Positions 21,577-32,231 of a stretch of 64,000 nt of DNA are shown one piece after another (position 1 is the stretch's first letter; the number at the start of each line of letters is the position of its first letter). The notes beneath the pieces are model-generated. The model ran no database searches and had not been told where the DNA came from. It saw only the letters and a program-made list of their open reading frames with translations. Both the position numbers and the translations under genes were made by a program. This stretch comes from a virus, in IMG/VR virus record IMGVR_UViG_3300032304_000826, positions 38,348 to 102,347 of that record. One strand, given 5' to 3'.

Positions 21577-22196
21577 GTGTTCTTCTTTATCTGAAGGGCT
21601 CTTGCGCCTCTGTAGGCCAGGTACCGTAGTTTAGGGGGTAGGTCTGAAGTATTGGCAGGTCCTCTAGGTTTAAAGTTTAAATGATCTGATATGTAAGCCC
21701 ACTTACTACTTAAACGTTTAAAGTCTCTCCACTCGTCAATACTAACGTCATAATAGTTATAAATTGTAGAGTCTCTAAATACTAGCGTTAGTACTGATCT
21801 TTCTGGGGAGTAAGACGCCGCAACAGTTCTTGGCCTATCTATCATACTGGTTTGTGTTGGGACCTCTGTAAAATCCTCATCATCAAAAGATGCAGGGCTA
21901 TATGCAGGGTCTTCTTCTGGATAGATAGCAAGGGCATCGTCGCCAGCTTTATAGGGCCCAGTTTGGTCAATGTTGTACCCAGCGCCTCTAGCGTCAATGT
22001 CTTTGTCTATATCCGACCCAAAGGTATCTAAAACCTCTGCGAAGTCATATCGGCCCTTTTCGTAAGCCTTACGAACATTTGCTGGCAAACCGTCTAAATA
22101 CTTTTGCTGGTCTACTTGATTTCTTACACTACCAATCGCAGATCTTGCTTTTCTGGCAGCTATTTGTGCGGGAGTTAGTTTTTTTCTTTCTGCCAC
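21573..22196 (-). CDS. KTSC-domain protein
   Basis: Y.PE...L.LVFRDS.IYNYYDV...W..F...SK..YI pattern. Confidence 0.65.
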   Translation of the reverse strand: MAERKKLTPAQIAARKARSAIGSVRNQVDQQKYLDGLPANVRKAYEKGRYDFAEVLDTFGSDIDKDIDARGAGYNIDQTGPYKAGDDALAIYPEEDPAYSPASFDDEDFTEVPTQTSMIDRPRTVAASYSPERSVLTLVFRDSTIYNYYDVSIDEWRDFKRLSSKWAYISDHLNFKPRGPANTSDLPPKLRYLAYRGARALQIKKNT

Positions 22197-22200
22197 TTAA

Positions 22201-22464
22201 TCACTCCTCGCAAATATGCGTCTCAGTTTGAGATTCAGTTAGTACTAGTTGACAAGCGTTACAGCTAAACCATTTTGATTCTTTGAAGTTATTCTGGGCC
22301 GTTCCTTCAACAGGAAGATCTTCTTCCCCGCTATCTGACTGGCGATCATATTCGTATATGATCTTTGGTTCAGCTAATAGCTCAGGTGGGAAAGGGCCCC
22401 TAGGTTGAGTTACCTTACCTGGTACTGGGTGCCCTTGACGAGTTATGATCCGTTCAATTCTCAT
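22201..22464 (-). CDS. Hypothetical protein with C-terminal CxxC..HxC Zn-finger-like motif
   Basis: FSCNACQ..THIC. Confidence 0.5.
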   Translation of the reverse strand: MRIERIITRQGHPVPGKVTQPRGPFPPELLAEPKIIYEYDRQSDSGEEDLPVEGTAQNNFKESKWFSCNACQLVLTESQTETHICEE

Positions 22465-22643
22465 TCAGCTGGCGATGCTTCAGGTTCTGCCTGTGCTTTT
22501 TTCTTTACCGGCTTAACTTCTTCTTCTTTTACTTCCTCTTTAATAGCTTCTTCAATTGAAGGCGCTGGAGGTGGTGTAACTACCGGTAGCTCGCTAACGG
22601 CATTAGTAATAGAGTTTTTATACTCTTCCCAAGATAATTTCAT
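22461..22643 (-). CDS. Small hypothetical protein
   Basis: AAGGAG RBS; upstream late-promoter motif. Confidence 0.5.
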   Translation of the reverse strand: MKLSWEEYKNSITNAVSELPVVTPPPAPSIEEAIKEEVKEEEVKPVKKKAQAEPEASPAE

Positions 22644-22703
22644 ATGTAGCTCCTTTTCGACCCTAGTTTACACGTAGTCTATGTTTTTTATCACACTCAA
22701 CGG

Positions 22704-22733
22704 TTGCGTGACCCCTGTATTTACTGCTACGGT
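22704..22733 (+). promoter_or_regulatory. SigA-type promoter candidate for the transglycosylase gene
   Basis: TTGCGT-N18-TACGGT with TG extension; a GAGA-loop hairpin begins about 6 nt downstream. Confidence 0.5.
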
Positions 22734-22874
22734 ATATCCATGGCCCAGGAGACTGGGCCATCACTAACTACGTAACAAAAGGGTTGCAGTACGAACTTAA
22801 CAGACAGACGTTAAGTTGCCTCATGTGAGTGACACACATAGGGTCAGAACTGGCCTTCTAGCCTAGGAGATAGT

Positions 22875-23402
22875 GTGCAAGGTAATGCAAAACAGAAAAT
22901 TGGAATACTCGTACTATGTGCCGCACTTCCGTGGATCCCTCCAGCTATAGCAGCTGAATCAGACGGATCTACCGTAACTGTGGCCGTGCCAGTAAAAACT
23001 GGCTTAGACCTATACAGAGACGCCACCGAGCTCTCAGACCATAACCTTAAAGACCTACTCAGCCAGGTAGGGTTCGAAGGACAAGCTCTCAGGATTGCCT
23101 GGGCGGTTGCCAAGAAGGAATCTAACGGTCGTCCAAAAGCCCATAACGGAGATACAAGCACTGGAGATAATTCCTATGGAATTTTCCAGATAAACATGCT
23201 TGGTAGCCTAGGGGAAGCTAGGCGGGAGAAATTCAACCTAGAAAGTGACAAGGATCTATTTGATCCGGTTAAGAACGCCGAAATTGCTTACCACATGACA
23301 AATGGTGGCAAAGACTGGTCTTCTTGGAAGATATACCCAGGACAGAATAACGGAGAACGATACGCGGACTTTTTACAAAAGTTCCCTAAAAATCAACTCT
23401 AA
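22875..23402 (+). CDS. Secreted lysozyme-like lytic transglycosylase
   Basis: Signal peptide; AVAKKESNG catalytic Glu, SYGIFQIN, LFDPVKNA, WSSW motifs. Confidence 0.8.
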   Translation: MQGNAKQKIGILVLCAALPWIPPAIAAESDGSTVTVAVPVKTGLDLYRDATELSDHNLKDLLSQVGFEGQALRIAWAVAKKESNGRPKAHNGDTSTGDNSYGIFQINMLGSLGEARREKFNLESDKDLFDPVKNAEIAYHMTNGGKDWSSWKIYPGQNNGERYADFLQKFPKNQL

Positions 23403-23408
23403 ATAAAG

Positions 23409-23438
23409 AACCCCCGGCTAATAACCGGGGGTTTTTTA
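23409..23438. terminator. Terminator between convergent genes
   Basis: AACCCCCGG-N7-CCGGGGGTT followed by a T-run. Confidence 0.75.
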
Positions 23439-23530
23439 TTAACGATTGGCCCACCAATCTCCAATAATTACTGTTGCGAGTATTGAGGCAATAAATATTC
23501 CTTGGAAAGTGACGTGAGTTAGGTAATACA

Positions 23531-24079
23531 TTACTTACCGCAAGTTGGGCACTTAGCTGCTGCTGGAGCTGATCCAGCGGCTTTAAACTTTGGGCGACCA
23601 AAGCCTACGATTGAAATCATTTCACCGGCCTTGTTTTTCTTGAAAGCACGAAGTTTCTTAGATACTTGACCGCCATTGCGTTGTGAGCCCTTTTTATCTG
23701 GGCTAGTGTTTCCTTCAATGCACCAAACAGTCCCATCTTCATTATCTTTAACAACAATGCCTACGTGACTAATGCGATCTACACCATCTGATGGAAAATC
23801 AAAATAAACGACATCCCCTGGTTCTGGATCTGCGATGTCTCCATCAATCCATGACCCAGCTTTCTTAAATGCCTGTGCTCCACCTGGAGTGTAGACAGTG
23901 TTAGGAATCTTTACTCCAGCTTCGTTAGCACACCAGTTTACGAAAGATCCGCACCATGGTTGAAAGTTAGCTTTTGTATAAGCTCCGTACTTTGTTTCGT
24001 TGTCCTTAGGACCTTCGATAGTACCTAGCTCTGCTGTAGCAACTTCAATAAGACGAGCCGCTGTTCCTTGATCTGCCAT
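23531..24079 (-). CDS. CHAP/NlpC-P60 peptidoglycan hydrolase (endolysin)
   Basis: PWCGSFVNW, PGDVVYF, SHVGIV, IEGNT motifs. Confidence 0.88.
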   Translation of the reverse strand: MADQGTAARLIEVATAELGTIEGPKDNETKYGAYTKANFQPWCGSFVNWCANEAGVKIPNTVYTPGGAQAFKKAGSWIDGDIADPEPGDVVYFDFPSDGVDRISHVGIVVKDNEDGTVWCIEGNTSPDKKGSQRNGGQVSKKLRAFKKNKAGEMISIVGFGRPKFKAAGSAPAAAKCPTCGK

Positions 24080-24489
24080 TATTCTTTATCCCAATCTGTA
24101 TCAACTGGCTGTGCTTCTGGCATTGCGCCATCTGGCTTTGCTGCCAAACGTGCTGCTGTAGCATCAATCTCTGCTTCAAGCTTCTTATCAGCCTGTGTGT
24201 TCTTAGCGTCCATCTCTTTGTTCTGTAGTTGAGCTGCCATAACGTCTTTAGCTCCAGAAGAACCAATAAGAATGCCCGCGAGGGTTCCTGTAATAAAAGT
24301 AGCGATGCTGCCTAGAACATTGAAGAACATCTTGTCATTTTCTGACTGTGCTCCAATTGGCTGTGTTACAAACAAAAGGCCATAAAGAATGCCGAGTGAT
24401 GTGCATAGCAAGATTGTTCCTAGTGTGATACCTAGAATAAACTTTAATCTAGCATCTAGATCTTGTGGTGTTAGCTTTTCTTTAGCCAT
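24079..24489 (-). CDS. Two-TM membrane protein (holin candidate)
   Basis: Two hydrophobic segments, directly upstream of the lysin. Confidence 0.55.
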   Translation of the reverse strand: MAKEKLTPQDLDARLKFILGITLGTILLCTSLGILYGLLFVTQPIGAQSENDKMFFNVLGSIATFITGTLAGILIGSSGAKDVMAAQLQNKEMDAKNTQADKKLEAEIDATAARLAAKPDGAMPEAQPVDTDWDKE

Positions 24490-24688
24490 TTGGTGTTCCT
24501 TCTGGTTGAGGGGTCTTAACTAAGTCTACAGGACAACTTCCTGAAGCAGTGCAAATAGGGGGCTTACATTCTGCGGTTTCCCAGTTTTTTGGGTCTTGGC
24601 AAGGATATCTATAGAAACCTTGATAGCTGCAGCTAGTTAATGAGCTAGCCAATAGCAAAGCAGCTAAAGCATAGCCAATTTTTTTCAT
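24482..24688 (-). CDS. Small Cys-rich lipoprotein
   Basis: Lipobox LTSC after signal peptide; four further Cys. Confidence 0.65.
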   Translation of the reverse strand: MKKIGYALAALLLASSLTSCSYQGFYRYPCQDPKNWETAECKPPICTASGSCPVDLVKTPQPEGTPNG

Positions 24689-24855
24689 TCTTCATCCTTT
24701 GGGTTACGTAGCCGGTAAGTAACCGCCCACGCAAATAGTGTTCCAACAATCGCATATCCTACAATGGTTTTAGCTGACCCGTCTAGAACAACCCAGGCAA
24801 TAAACATGCCTAGTAGTGTCCATAGCTGGTCGATCATATCTCTAAGTACTTTCAC
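24685..24855 (-). CDS. Small two-TM membrane protein (56 aa, not in ORF track)
   Basis: GTG at 24855 gives [26 protein letters not shown]..; overlaps both neighbours by 4 nt. Confidence 0.6.
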   Translation of the reverse strand: MKVLRDMIDQLWTLLGMFIAWVVLDGSAKTIVGYAIVGTLFAWAVTYRLRNPKDEE

Positions 24856-27371
24856 GGCTTACGTCTCCTAACGCCTTTAGATTCTCCAGAAGCGCCACCG
24901 CCACCAGAACTTCCGCCCCCACTACTTCCTCCTGTTGATCCTCCAGCAGCTCCAGCAGCCGCACCTACGGCATTCATAGCAGCTCCAGCAGCAACAACAG
25001 TTGCAACAACCATATCGGTTGCTTCTTTACGTTCTTCTTCGGACATATCAGCACCGATACTTCCAAGTGCTTGTAGGGCTTCGCCCGGATCGCTAAATAA
25101 TTCACCGATTAATTCCGCAGGGTTCTCTAGTAATACAAGGGCTGCAGCAACGTCTGCTGTAATTATAACTTCATTGCCGTTTTCATCCTGCCTAACCTCA
25201 ACAGGGGTCTCTGGAGGTAGGTCCTGATAAACAATGCCCGCGTCTTGAATTTGCTCTTTAGTAAGAGTCTCACCTGGGGCTACGGACTCAATAAGCGCTT
25301 CTGCAACCAATTCTTTTTCAGCAGTAGTTAATTTACCGTCAGCAGCTAGCGCTTCAGATAGGGCGCCTACTTCTTCCGCAGTAACTTCTCCGTCTGCATT
25401 TAAAGCATCCATAACAGCCTCAGCATCGGCAGCCGAAAGCTTGCCGTCAGATAGGACATCTTCTACGGCAGATGTAACCTCTTCAGTTTCTGTGATAGGC
25501 TCTGGTTCTGGCTCTGGAGCAGGTTCCGGAGCAGTTTCTTCAATAGGAGGTTCTAATGGTTCTGTGGACGGATTTTCTGGCTCTGGCTCTGGTGTCACTG
25601 GTTCTGGTGCTGGTTCCTCGGGTGTGGAAGGTTCCTGAGGCTCCTCAGGCGCTACGGGTGGTTCTTCGGGCTCTACCGGTTCTGGTAGGGGCTCTGTGGG
25701 TAGCTCTGGCTCTTCTGTGGAGGGCTCAGTAGGTGTTGGCTCAGGATCAGGTATTGCGACAGGTGGTTCAGGCTCTACAGGAGGCTCAGGAACGGGTTCT
25801 GGAGTTGGCTCAGGAACAGGTACGGGTTCTGGGTCTGGCTGTGGCTCAGGTTGAGGCGTTGGTTCAGGCTCAGAAGGTTGCACTGGAGTGGGATCTACAG
25901 GGGGCACGGGCGTTGGTTCGGGCTGAGGAACAGGTTGAGGTTCTGGAACCGTGGGAGAAACCACAGGTGGTTCGGGAATTGGAGTTGGGGTAGGTGTCGG
26001 AGTTGGTTCTGGGACTGGTGTTGGGGTTGGCTCTGGCTGCGGTGCTGGTGTTGGCTCTGGCGCTGGTTGTGGTGTGGGTGTGGGAATCGGAGTGGGCTGA
26101 GGCTCGGGAGCGGGCGCAGGCGGAACATAAGCCTGAATAGCAGTAACTGCAGTAGCTACAGTAGCTGTAGCAGTGTCTGCTAATTGATTTGCTACAGCAA
26201 TAGTAGCTGTTGCGCTATCTGTAAGAGTAATTAATGTAGCAACTTCAACCGCTTTAACTTCTGTTTTATCGTTTACAACTTCTTGAGCAGCAGCAATAGT
26301 TTCAGTGCTTACCTCAGTCATTGGTTTTACAGGTTGTCCTGCAGTTTCACGGACACCTATGCGTGGGCCATTGTGAAGCTGTGTTGTATTTCCTGCAACT
26401 GTTCCAATACCTGTCCATTCACCGGTTGTTGGGTTGACAGTCATTTTCCAATTAACATTTGTAATAGGGCTATTTGGTTGTGCAAATTTGTGTAAATTCC
26501 AGTCAACTTCTAAAGTAGTTTCGGTAGTTTTTACAACAGTTGAAGAGCCATTTGCATTATCGTTCATAAAGTCGCTGCCAAAGACTGAGATATGCGCTCC
26601 TGCTGGAAAATCCCACCAGTTATAGTCGCCATTGCCAAAGGTAATCGTTGCTTTTGAGGTTACGTAAATTTGGCTGTTTGTTCCTTGGCCTTCATACACA
26701 GTCTCACCCATCTTGATATCAAATGGGGTGCTGATCTTTGTAAACCCGTCATACATGACTGGCAATGTAGTTGTGGTAACTGTTGGGGTTTCAGGGGCGA
26801 CAGGGGCTACATATCCCTCTGTCGTATAAACTTTAGTGTTTTCTGTTGCGGTTGTTAGTACCTCTAAAGTGGTTTGCGCGGTAGCTAAGTTTGTAGTTGC
26901 TGTAGCGACAACAGCTGTTTGAGAATCTACAGCTTGTACGGCCACAATAGCTACGGCAGTGGCGCTATCAGCAGCTGCAATGGCTGTAGTGGCAGCGGCA
27001 ACTTCAGGAGCTGCCGAAGAAACTGCTTCAGGAGTTGCGGCTTGTACCGCCGTTGTCAATGTTACAGTTGCGCTTTCAACCTTACTTGTAACGGAGGTAA
27101 CTGTTGGTGGATCATTTTGTATCGGGGGCAGGACAGGAGCTACCACGGGCGACAACGTGGAAACAGTACTTGTATCAGAAGTCGATAAAACAACTGGAAC
27201 AAGAGGCTGAGTTGAACCGGGAATCGGATCGACAACAGGCTGAGAAGGTTCGGTGGCAGGACTAACTACCACCGTGTTAACGGTAGGTTCTTCTGCTTGA
27301 GCCGAATCTTGTCCCAATATAAAGAGGAATAGTGCAAGGATTAGTGCTGCGAATAAGCGCAGTGGCGTCAT
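24852..27371 (-). CDS. Exported Pro/Glu-rich stalk protein with C-terminal membrane anchor
   Basis: Signal peptide, globular beta domain, long PEP/PTP stalk, acidic repeats, hydrophobic tail then RRRK. Confidence 0.7.
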   Translation of the reverse strand: MTPLRLFAALILALFLFILGQDSAQAEEPTVNTVVVSPATEPSQPVVDPIPGSTQPLVPVVLSTSDTSTVSTLSPVVAPVLPPIQNDPPTVTSVTSKVESATVTLTTAVQAATPEAVSSAAPEVAAATTAIAAADSATAVAIVAVQAVDSQTAVVATATTNLATAQTTLEVLTTATENTKVYTTEGYVAPVAPETPTVTTTTLPVMYDGFTKISTPFDIKMGETVYEGQGTNSQIYVTSKATITFGNGDYNWWDFPAGAHISVFGSDFMNDNANGSSTVVKTTETTLEVDWNLHKFAQPNSPITNVNWKMTVNPTTGEWTGIGTVAGNTTQLHNGPRIGVRETAGQPVKPMTEVSTETIAAAQEVVNDKTEVKAVEVATLITLTDSATATIAVANQLADTATATVATAVTAIQAYVPPAPAPEPQPTPIPTPTPQPAPEPTPAPQPEPTPTPVPEPTPTPTPTPIPEPPVVSPTVPEPQPVPQPEPTPVPPVDPTPVQPSEPEPTPQPEPQPDPEPVPVPEPTPEPVPEPPVEPEPPVAIPDPEPTPTEPSTEEPELPTEPLPEPVEPEEPPVAPEEPQEPSTPEEPAPEPVTPEPEPENPSTEPLEPPIEETAPEPAPEPEPEPITETEEVTSAVEDVLSDGKLSAADAEAVMDALNADGEVTAEEVGALSEALAADGKLTTAEKELVAEALIESVAPGETLTKEQIQDAGIVYQDLPPETPVEVRQDENGNEVIITADVAAALVLLENPAELIGELFSDPGEALQALGSIGADMSEEERKEATDMVVATVVAAGAAMNAVGAAAGAAGGSTGGSSGGGSSGGGGASGESKGVRRRKP

Positions 27372-27401
27372 TTGTAAATAAAATATATCACCTTAAAATG
27401 C

Positions 27402-27430
27402 AAAAAGCCCGCCAAACTGGCGGGCCTTTT
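27402..27430. terminator. Bidirectional terminator
   Basis: AAAAAGCCCGCCA-AAC-TGGCGGGCCTTTT. Confidence 0.75.
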
Positions 27431-27446
27431 GTTTGTGTTGGAAAGC

Positions 27447-28490
27447 TTATGAAGCTGTTGCCCAAGGTGTAATTGTGATTGTAGCTGCTGAAGTAACTGA
27501 AGCTGTTCCAGCTGCAACTGACTGAGCCTTGATTGTTCCAGCAACTGCCACGACTGCACCTGTAATAGCTGAAAGAGCCAATACTGTGGTTGCTGTGGTT
27601 GTAACTGTGAATGTGTTGTCTGTAAGGCGTGTAACTGTGTATGTACCATTAACAGTTGAGTCAACGCTTGAAAGCGTAACCTGGTTACCAGTAACAAATC
27701 CGTGTGATGAATCTGTAATCGTTGTAACGCCAGAACCTGCTGTACGAGCTGCTGCTGTTACTACGCCTGCAGCGTTTGTAGCTGCTGTAGCTGTAGTGAT
27801 GTTAGCTGCTTCGTAACCGGCATCCTTAAGTGTGTCAAGGGCTACTGCTGTAGTGTTACCGATTACGTTAGGTACTACGATGTAACCAATTCCAGCACCA
27901 TCTGCTGCTGTTAGGGCAGTAGTTGACTGAACCTTGCCGTACCACTGTCCGGTGATTTCACCAGCGTTAGCTGCGTTAGTTACTGTGAACTTCAACTTGT
28001 CTGCCGAAGCAACTGTTGCTGAAGAAAGATTGTAGGCGCTTGCTGTAAGGCCAGTGATGTTTACAACATCCCCAGCTGCAAGCTCATTCTGTGATGTGTA
28101 TGTAACTGTTGTGCCGTTACCTGAAGCAGCTGTAATCATGTAGTTACCTGCTCCTGGCGTAAATGTTGGGAAACCTGACCATTCAGCCTCAATAGCATCG
28201 TGATTAGCTAAAGCTGGATTTAGACGAGCAGAGTTAATTGTGCTCTTAGTTGTCCATTGACCGTTCTGTGAGGCTCCATATGTTTCGGTAGCTGTTGGAG
28301 TTCCATCAGCACGCTCATCATTTGGTTTTGCAGGGATGTTGCCCCATACAAAATCGACCTGTAGGTTTCCTGCTGAGTCTGTGAGATTACCATTGTTGTT
28401 AACTGTGGCGGCCGTGTTTCCAATAGCTATGGATTCTGCTCCAGTAGCGTTATCAGACCCAACTGCTGCGGGTAGGTTATAGCTTGACAT
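27447..28490 (-). CDS. Ala/Thr-rich structural protein with split PASTA-like segment
   Basis: VPNVIG..A...L..AG and IKAQSVAAG segments; HGF..G..V beta domain like the fibre proteins. Confidence 0.55.
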   Translation of the reverse strand: MSSYNLPAAVGSDNATGAESIAIGNTAATVNNNGNLTDSAGNLQVDFVWGNIPAKPNDERADGTPTATETYGASQNGQWTTKSTINSARLNPALANHDAIEAEWSGFPTFTPGAGNYMITAASGNGTTVTYTSQNELAAGDVVNITGLTASAYNLSSATVASADKLKFTVTNAANAGEITGQWYGKVQSTTALTAADGAGIGYIVVPNVIGNTTAVALDTLKDAGYEAANITTATAATNAAGVVTAAARTAGSGVTTITDSSHGFVTGNQVTLSSVDSTVNGTYTVTRLTDNTFTVTTTATTVLALSAITGAVVAVAGTIKAQSVAAGTASVTSAATITITPWATAS

Positions 28491-28552
28491 TATGTCCTTT
28501 TTCTCTAGAGGGGTTTACAGTACCTGATCGGGGCACCTAGATTAAGTATCTC

Positions 28553-28816
28553 TTAGCAATCCCAGGCTCGTCTGGCTTTATTCAAACGACTATTTGGATC
28601 TTTAGCTGCCTTAGGAAACATCTTTGCTTGACCTGCGGATCTGGCACAGTACGATTTACGACGTGCAGCAGACTTCTTTGATTTAGCGGCCTCTTCTTTT
28701 TTTACCGGAGGCTTTAGATTATGGCCTTCTTTTTTAGCAGAAGCGCGACCTTTAGCATTAAGGCCGCCATTTGGGTTTTGGCCCTCTTTACGAGTCCATG
28801 CTGGTGACTTAGGCAT
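28553..28816 (-). CDS. Small basic protein
   Basis: GGLNAKGRAS..RRKSYCAR..ARRAWDC. Confidence 0.65.
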   Translation of the reverse strand: MPKSPAWTRKEGQNPNGGLNAKGRASAKKEGHNLKPPVKKEEAAKSKKSAARRKSYCARSAGQAKMFPKAAKDPNSRLNKARRAWDC

Positions 28817-28960
28817 AAGGGTCTATGTCCTCCTGTTTCTCGATCTTCTTCTTACTCTTCTTCAAATCTTTTCTTGCTGCCGCTTCAAATGAAGACCAGT
28901 CTATTTTACCGTTCTTTTTAGGTAAATTGTCTAGGTCATCGAACATACCTGGCTGTGGCT

Positions 28961-29245
28961 TCATTTAGACTTCTTTCCAGCTCTGCGCTTGTTCTCTTTG
29001 CCTACGTTCTTGCTGTGAGACATAGCACGTAGGTTGCCCTTTGAGTCATTCTTCTTATTATTATCTTTATGGTCAACGTCAGTATCTCGAGGTAGCTTTC
29101 CGTTTTTTGATTCGTAATCAGCACGGGCTTTGTTCTTAGATGTAGTAACCCACTTACCGCCTACCTTTTTCTTGTAGACGTAGATAGGGCGACCGCCATT
29201 AGCGTCAGAGCCCTTGTAAGGACCAAACTTCTTTGTCTCAGACAT
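28961..29245 (-). CDS. HNH-motif protein
   Basis: DVDHKDNNKKND..NL..S..KN. Confidence 0.7.
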   Translation of the reverse strand: MSETKKFGPYKGSDANGGRPIYVYKKKVGGKWVTTSKNKARADYESKNGKLPRDTDVDHKDNNKKNDSKGNLRAMSHSKNVGKENKRRAGKKSK

Positions 29246-29503
29246 TAAAAGAGTAGCCCCTGTTCACCGTGGTTATGATTACCATCTTTACGAGCTACGT
29301 TACAGCCAGGGCCATCGCAGGATATGCGATCGTCTGGATGCAGTATCTTTTTGCTAATAAGGGCGTTTTCGTACTTCTGTACGTCAGACATGCTTTTAAA
29401 CCCACGGATTCCATAAGTCTGCCCAGCAACAAGCACATTGTGCTCATTCCATGGGCGAGCCTCTTTAGAGTTCCTAGGTATATTAGCTGGATCTGGATGC
29501 ATC

Positions 29504-31321
29504 TTATATAGGCCTACGTGGGGACCTAACAGAAGTAAATCCTGCTTTTTTGTATACTGTTGGTGTTGCGTCTGCATTTTCAGCTATTGCAACAGAGCCA
29601 CCGCTTCCCTTAGGAGGAACAAAGCCTTTAGACTTTGCTTTAGGCTTGCTAACTTTTTGAACGCTATTGCTAACCTTCTTGTAATCAAAAGTCTCTCCTT
29701 CAGCGGTATGCACTGAAACAGCTCCATGAGTCATTACATCGCTAACTAGTGAGTCGGTAATTGGGTGAGAACCACGTTTACGAGAAGTCTTTTGACTTGG
29801 GCTTTCATCTGCGTAGTTAGCGATTTGAAGTTTAACGTAGTCTTGATGTGGCATGCTTCCCTTAGGACCTTTTTTAGGGGTCTTTACAGTAACTGTCCGA
29901 TTCTCAAGACCTTTACGACGTCGTGCACGAACAGCGCCGCTCTTACGTGAAGAGACTGGTGAATAAGGATTTGCTGCATCACCTGTAGGTGTCCAATGAG
30001 TTAGCTCACCTTCTCCACGAATATTAGAAATAACCTTATCTCTAAACTCTTTCATGCCGCCAGGAACTTTTTCTTTTACATAATTATGGATTAATGATGC
30101 AGGATGACCTAAGTGATTAGATAATTCATGCGCCATAGCTAGGTCGCTGCCTACATACTTATCTGTAGTAGGAACTAAACGGTCTGCTGCATAATCAGCA
30201 CTAATGTGCATAGCATCAGTCTCTGTAATATGCCCAGCTTTTAATGCCGCTTCTGTATCTGCCTTAGATCCTTGTATACCAATTTTTGGCATACCAGCAA
30301 CTTTAGGGTTGTCTAGTAAGTCTTTAGCTTCAGACTTCTTTATTTTCTTAGCCTTTAGTGCCGCTTCAACATCTTTTGGATTAGCAGCCTTACTAGTTCC
30401 TGCTCTTTTAACAGCTTCTTGAATCTGTCGATTTTCTATATTAGAAGAAACATTCTGCACCTCAGACTCACGAGCCTTCATTCCATAGTAGATATGGCGT
30501 TCAGAGGCAGTCTCTGGTACATCTGCATAAGGTCTAGCAGTTTTGCTGTCACCTTCGTATGCTCCGCCAGCTCTTTCTTGAGCGGTAGGTATCTGAGAGG
30601 AAGTTAACTTAGTAAACCTACGTGATCCACGTTTACGTGTGTCTGTAGATGTAGCCGTTCCTACAAGTGATGAGGAAGGTAGAGCACGACGATCAGATCT
30701 TGATCTTCCTGCAGTTACTGCACCACGTCGGCCTTTAGCAGCCCTACGATCTTGTGAAATTTCATTACGGTCACGGATCTCAATCATATCTCCAGATCCA
30801 GCTGAATCTGGTGCGCCTACTGAACCTCGACCCTTACGTGTCTTACGTACCTTTACTAGTTTTCCAGGTGCTGTAGAAACTACAGGTGATGGTGCAGAAC
30901 CAGCGCCAGTTCCTGAAACAGGAACACTTGCACTAGCAACTCCGGCAGCTAATGCTCCAGGAGTGGAAGGTTGGCGCATAACAACAGTCTGTGCACCAGG
31001 TAGTTCTTTAATTTGCTTAGCTCGTCTTGAGCGACCAGCTACACGTGCCGCAGTTTGATCTGCAGTTTCTTCTGTAACCTTAGTCTTTTTTCCACGAGTC
31101 TCTTTAATTATGCGGGGGACTGAACCAATTTCATCTGTTTGCTGTGCAGCAAAGGTATCTTGTGCGGTAGCACGTGCTTCATCTACAGCTTTAGTAGTAG
31201 AAGGTTTAGATACGCCACCCTCATTAACCATACGCACGCCACCCTTATTTGTTTTGCGGTCAGCTTTTACAGCTACACGATTAGGTCTAGGAGCAACTTT
31301 ACGACTTTTAGTCTTTGCCAT
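29504..31321 (-). CDS. Large Lys/Arg-rich low-complexity protein
   Basis: 605 aa ORF coupled to its neighbours. Confidence 0.65.
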   Translation of the reverse strand: MAKTKSRKVAPRPNRVAVKADRKTNKGGVRMVNEGGVSKPSTTKAVDEARATAQDTFAAQQTDEIGSVPRIIKETRGKKTKVTEETADQTAARVAGRSRRAKQIKELPGAQTVVMRQPSTPGALAAGVASASVPVSGTGAGSAPSPVVSTAPGKLVKVRKTRKGRGSVGAPDSAGSGDMIEIRDRNEISQDRRAAKGRRGAVTAGRSRSDRRALPSSSLVGTATSTDTRKRGSRRFTKLTSSQIPTAQERAGGAYEGDSKTARPYADVPETASERHIYYGMKARESEVQNVSSNIENRQIQEAVKRAGTSKAANPKDVEAALKAKKIKKSEAKDLLDNPKVAGMPKIGIQGSKADTEAALKAGHITETDAMHISADYAADRLVPTTDKYVGSDLAMAHELSNHLGHPASLIHNYVKEKVPGGMKEFRDKVISNIRGEGELTHWTPTGDAANPYSPVSSRKSGAVRARRRKGLENRTVTVKTPKKGPKGSMPHQDYVKLQIANYADESPSQKTSRKRGSHPITDSLVSDVMTHGAVSVHTAEGETFDYKKVSNSVQKVSKPKAKSKGFVPPKGSGGSVAIAENADATPTVYKKAGFTSVRSPRRPI

Positions 31322-31995
31322 TATTTCTTATTTCCGTTTCCGCCGTCATTTGGATTAGGGTTATTCTTTGCTGCTTTTGCAGCAGCTTTTCTACCAAGCT
31401 TTGCTGCATATCTAGGCGAAGAGTCTGCAACAGTTTCTTGGTCAATACCTAAATTTTCAGCAGGATCTTTAACAGTTCTGCTCTTACCAGTAGTGGTGTC
31501 TGTAATTTCATAAGTGTCACTAAGTTGCTGAGATTTCTTAGGCTTACGTCCACCAACGCCCTTGCTTAGTTTAAGAGCTTCTTCAGCTTCTCCAACACCA
31601 ACTTGCTTCATCTGCCCTGGCTTTCCGCCTTTTCCACCTTTTGGTGGTGTACCAGTCTTAGTTTTATCTGGGTTAGGTGTTGGTTTGTAATCAGACTTGT
31701 AACGAACCCCAAATGCTTGTTCAATACCACTTCCTGATGCACGACGTCGATCTAAATCATTTAACACATTTGTTTGGTGTTCAAAAGTATTGTCTTTACG
31801 TGTTTTATCTCCAGCAGAACGAATAATTTCTCGTTGGTATTCCATTGCTAGTTGATTTTGTGATTTTAAAGTTTGAGTGTACGCACCAGAAACCATGGCA
31901 CCTAGTTTTGCCATAAATCCTCCGCCACCACCGCCACCACCGTTTTTAGCTTGTGGTACAACGCGGCCCGAGCCTTGTGGTTGATCAAGATTCAT
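31321..31995 (-). CDS. Lys/Gly-rich hypothetical protein
   Basis: Coupled ORF. Confidence 0.6.
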   Translation of the reverse strand: MNLDQPQGSGRVVPQAKNGGGGGGGGFMAKLGAMVSGAYTQTLKSQNQLAMEYQREIIRSAGDKTRKDNTFEHQTNVLNDLDRRRASGSGIEQAFGVRYKSDYKPTPNPDKTKTGTPPKGGKGGKPGQMKQVGVGEAEEALKLSKGVGGRKPKKSQQLSDTYEITDTTTGKSRTVKDPAENLGIDQETVADSSPRYAAKLGRKAAAKAAKNNPNPNDGGNGNKK

Positions 31996-32231
31996 AATGT
32001 TATAGTTCCTGTCTCGACCAGGGGAGTTGATACTGCGCCCTTATCGTCTAGTGCCTTAGCAAGTTTATTGTAGTGATGCAGGCAGAAATATAAAGTGCCA
32101 AAGCCAAAAGAAGATTGGAATAAAGCTCTTACTCCGCAGGAATCACACAATTGCCCCTGCTGAGGCGTCTCCTCCAGCTGCTGCTTCTCCGGTGCCTGTA
32201 CTTGCGCCATCAGTATCCTTTCCAAAATCAT
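31992..32231 (-). CDS. Small Zn-binding protein (CDSC..FCLHH)
   Basis: CxxC..CxHH motif; true start likely downstream of the listed one. Confidence 0.55.
   Translation of the reverse strand: MILERILMAQVQAPEKQQLEETPQQGQLCDSCGVRALFQSSFGFGTLYFCLHHYNKLAKALDDKGAVSTPLVETGTITL

Noticed and set aside
22740-22870. c-di-AMP riboswitch and Rpf call for the transglycosylase
   Set aside because: Riboswitch consensus not seen; the protein lacks the Rpf W..LA.CESGG/GGLQF signature
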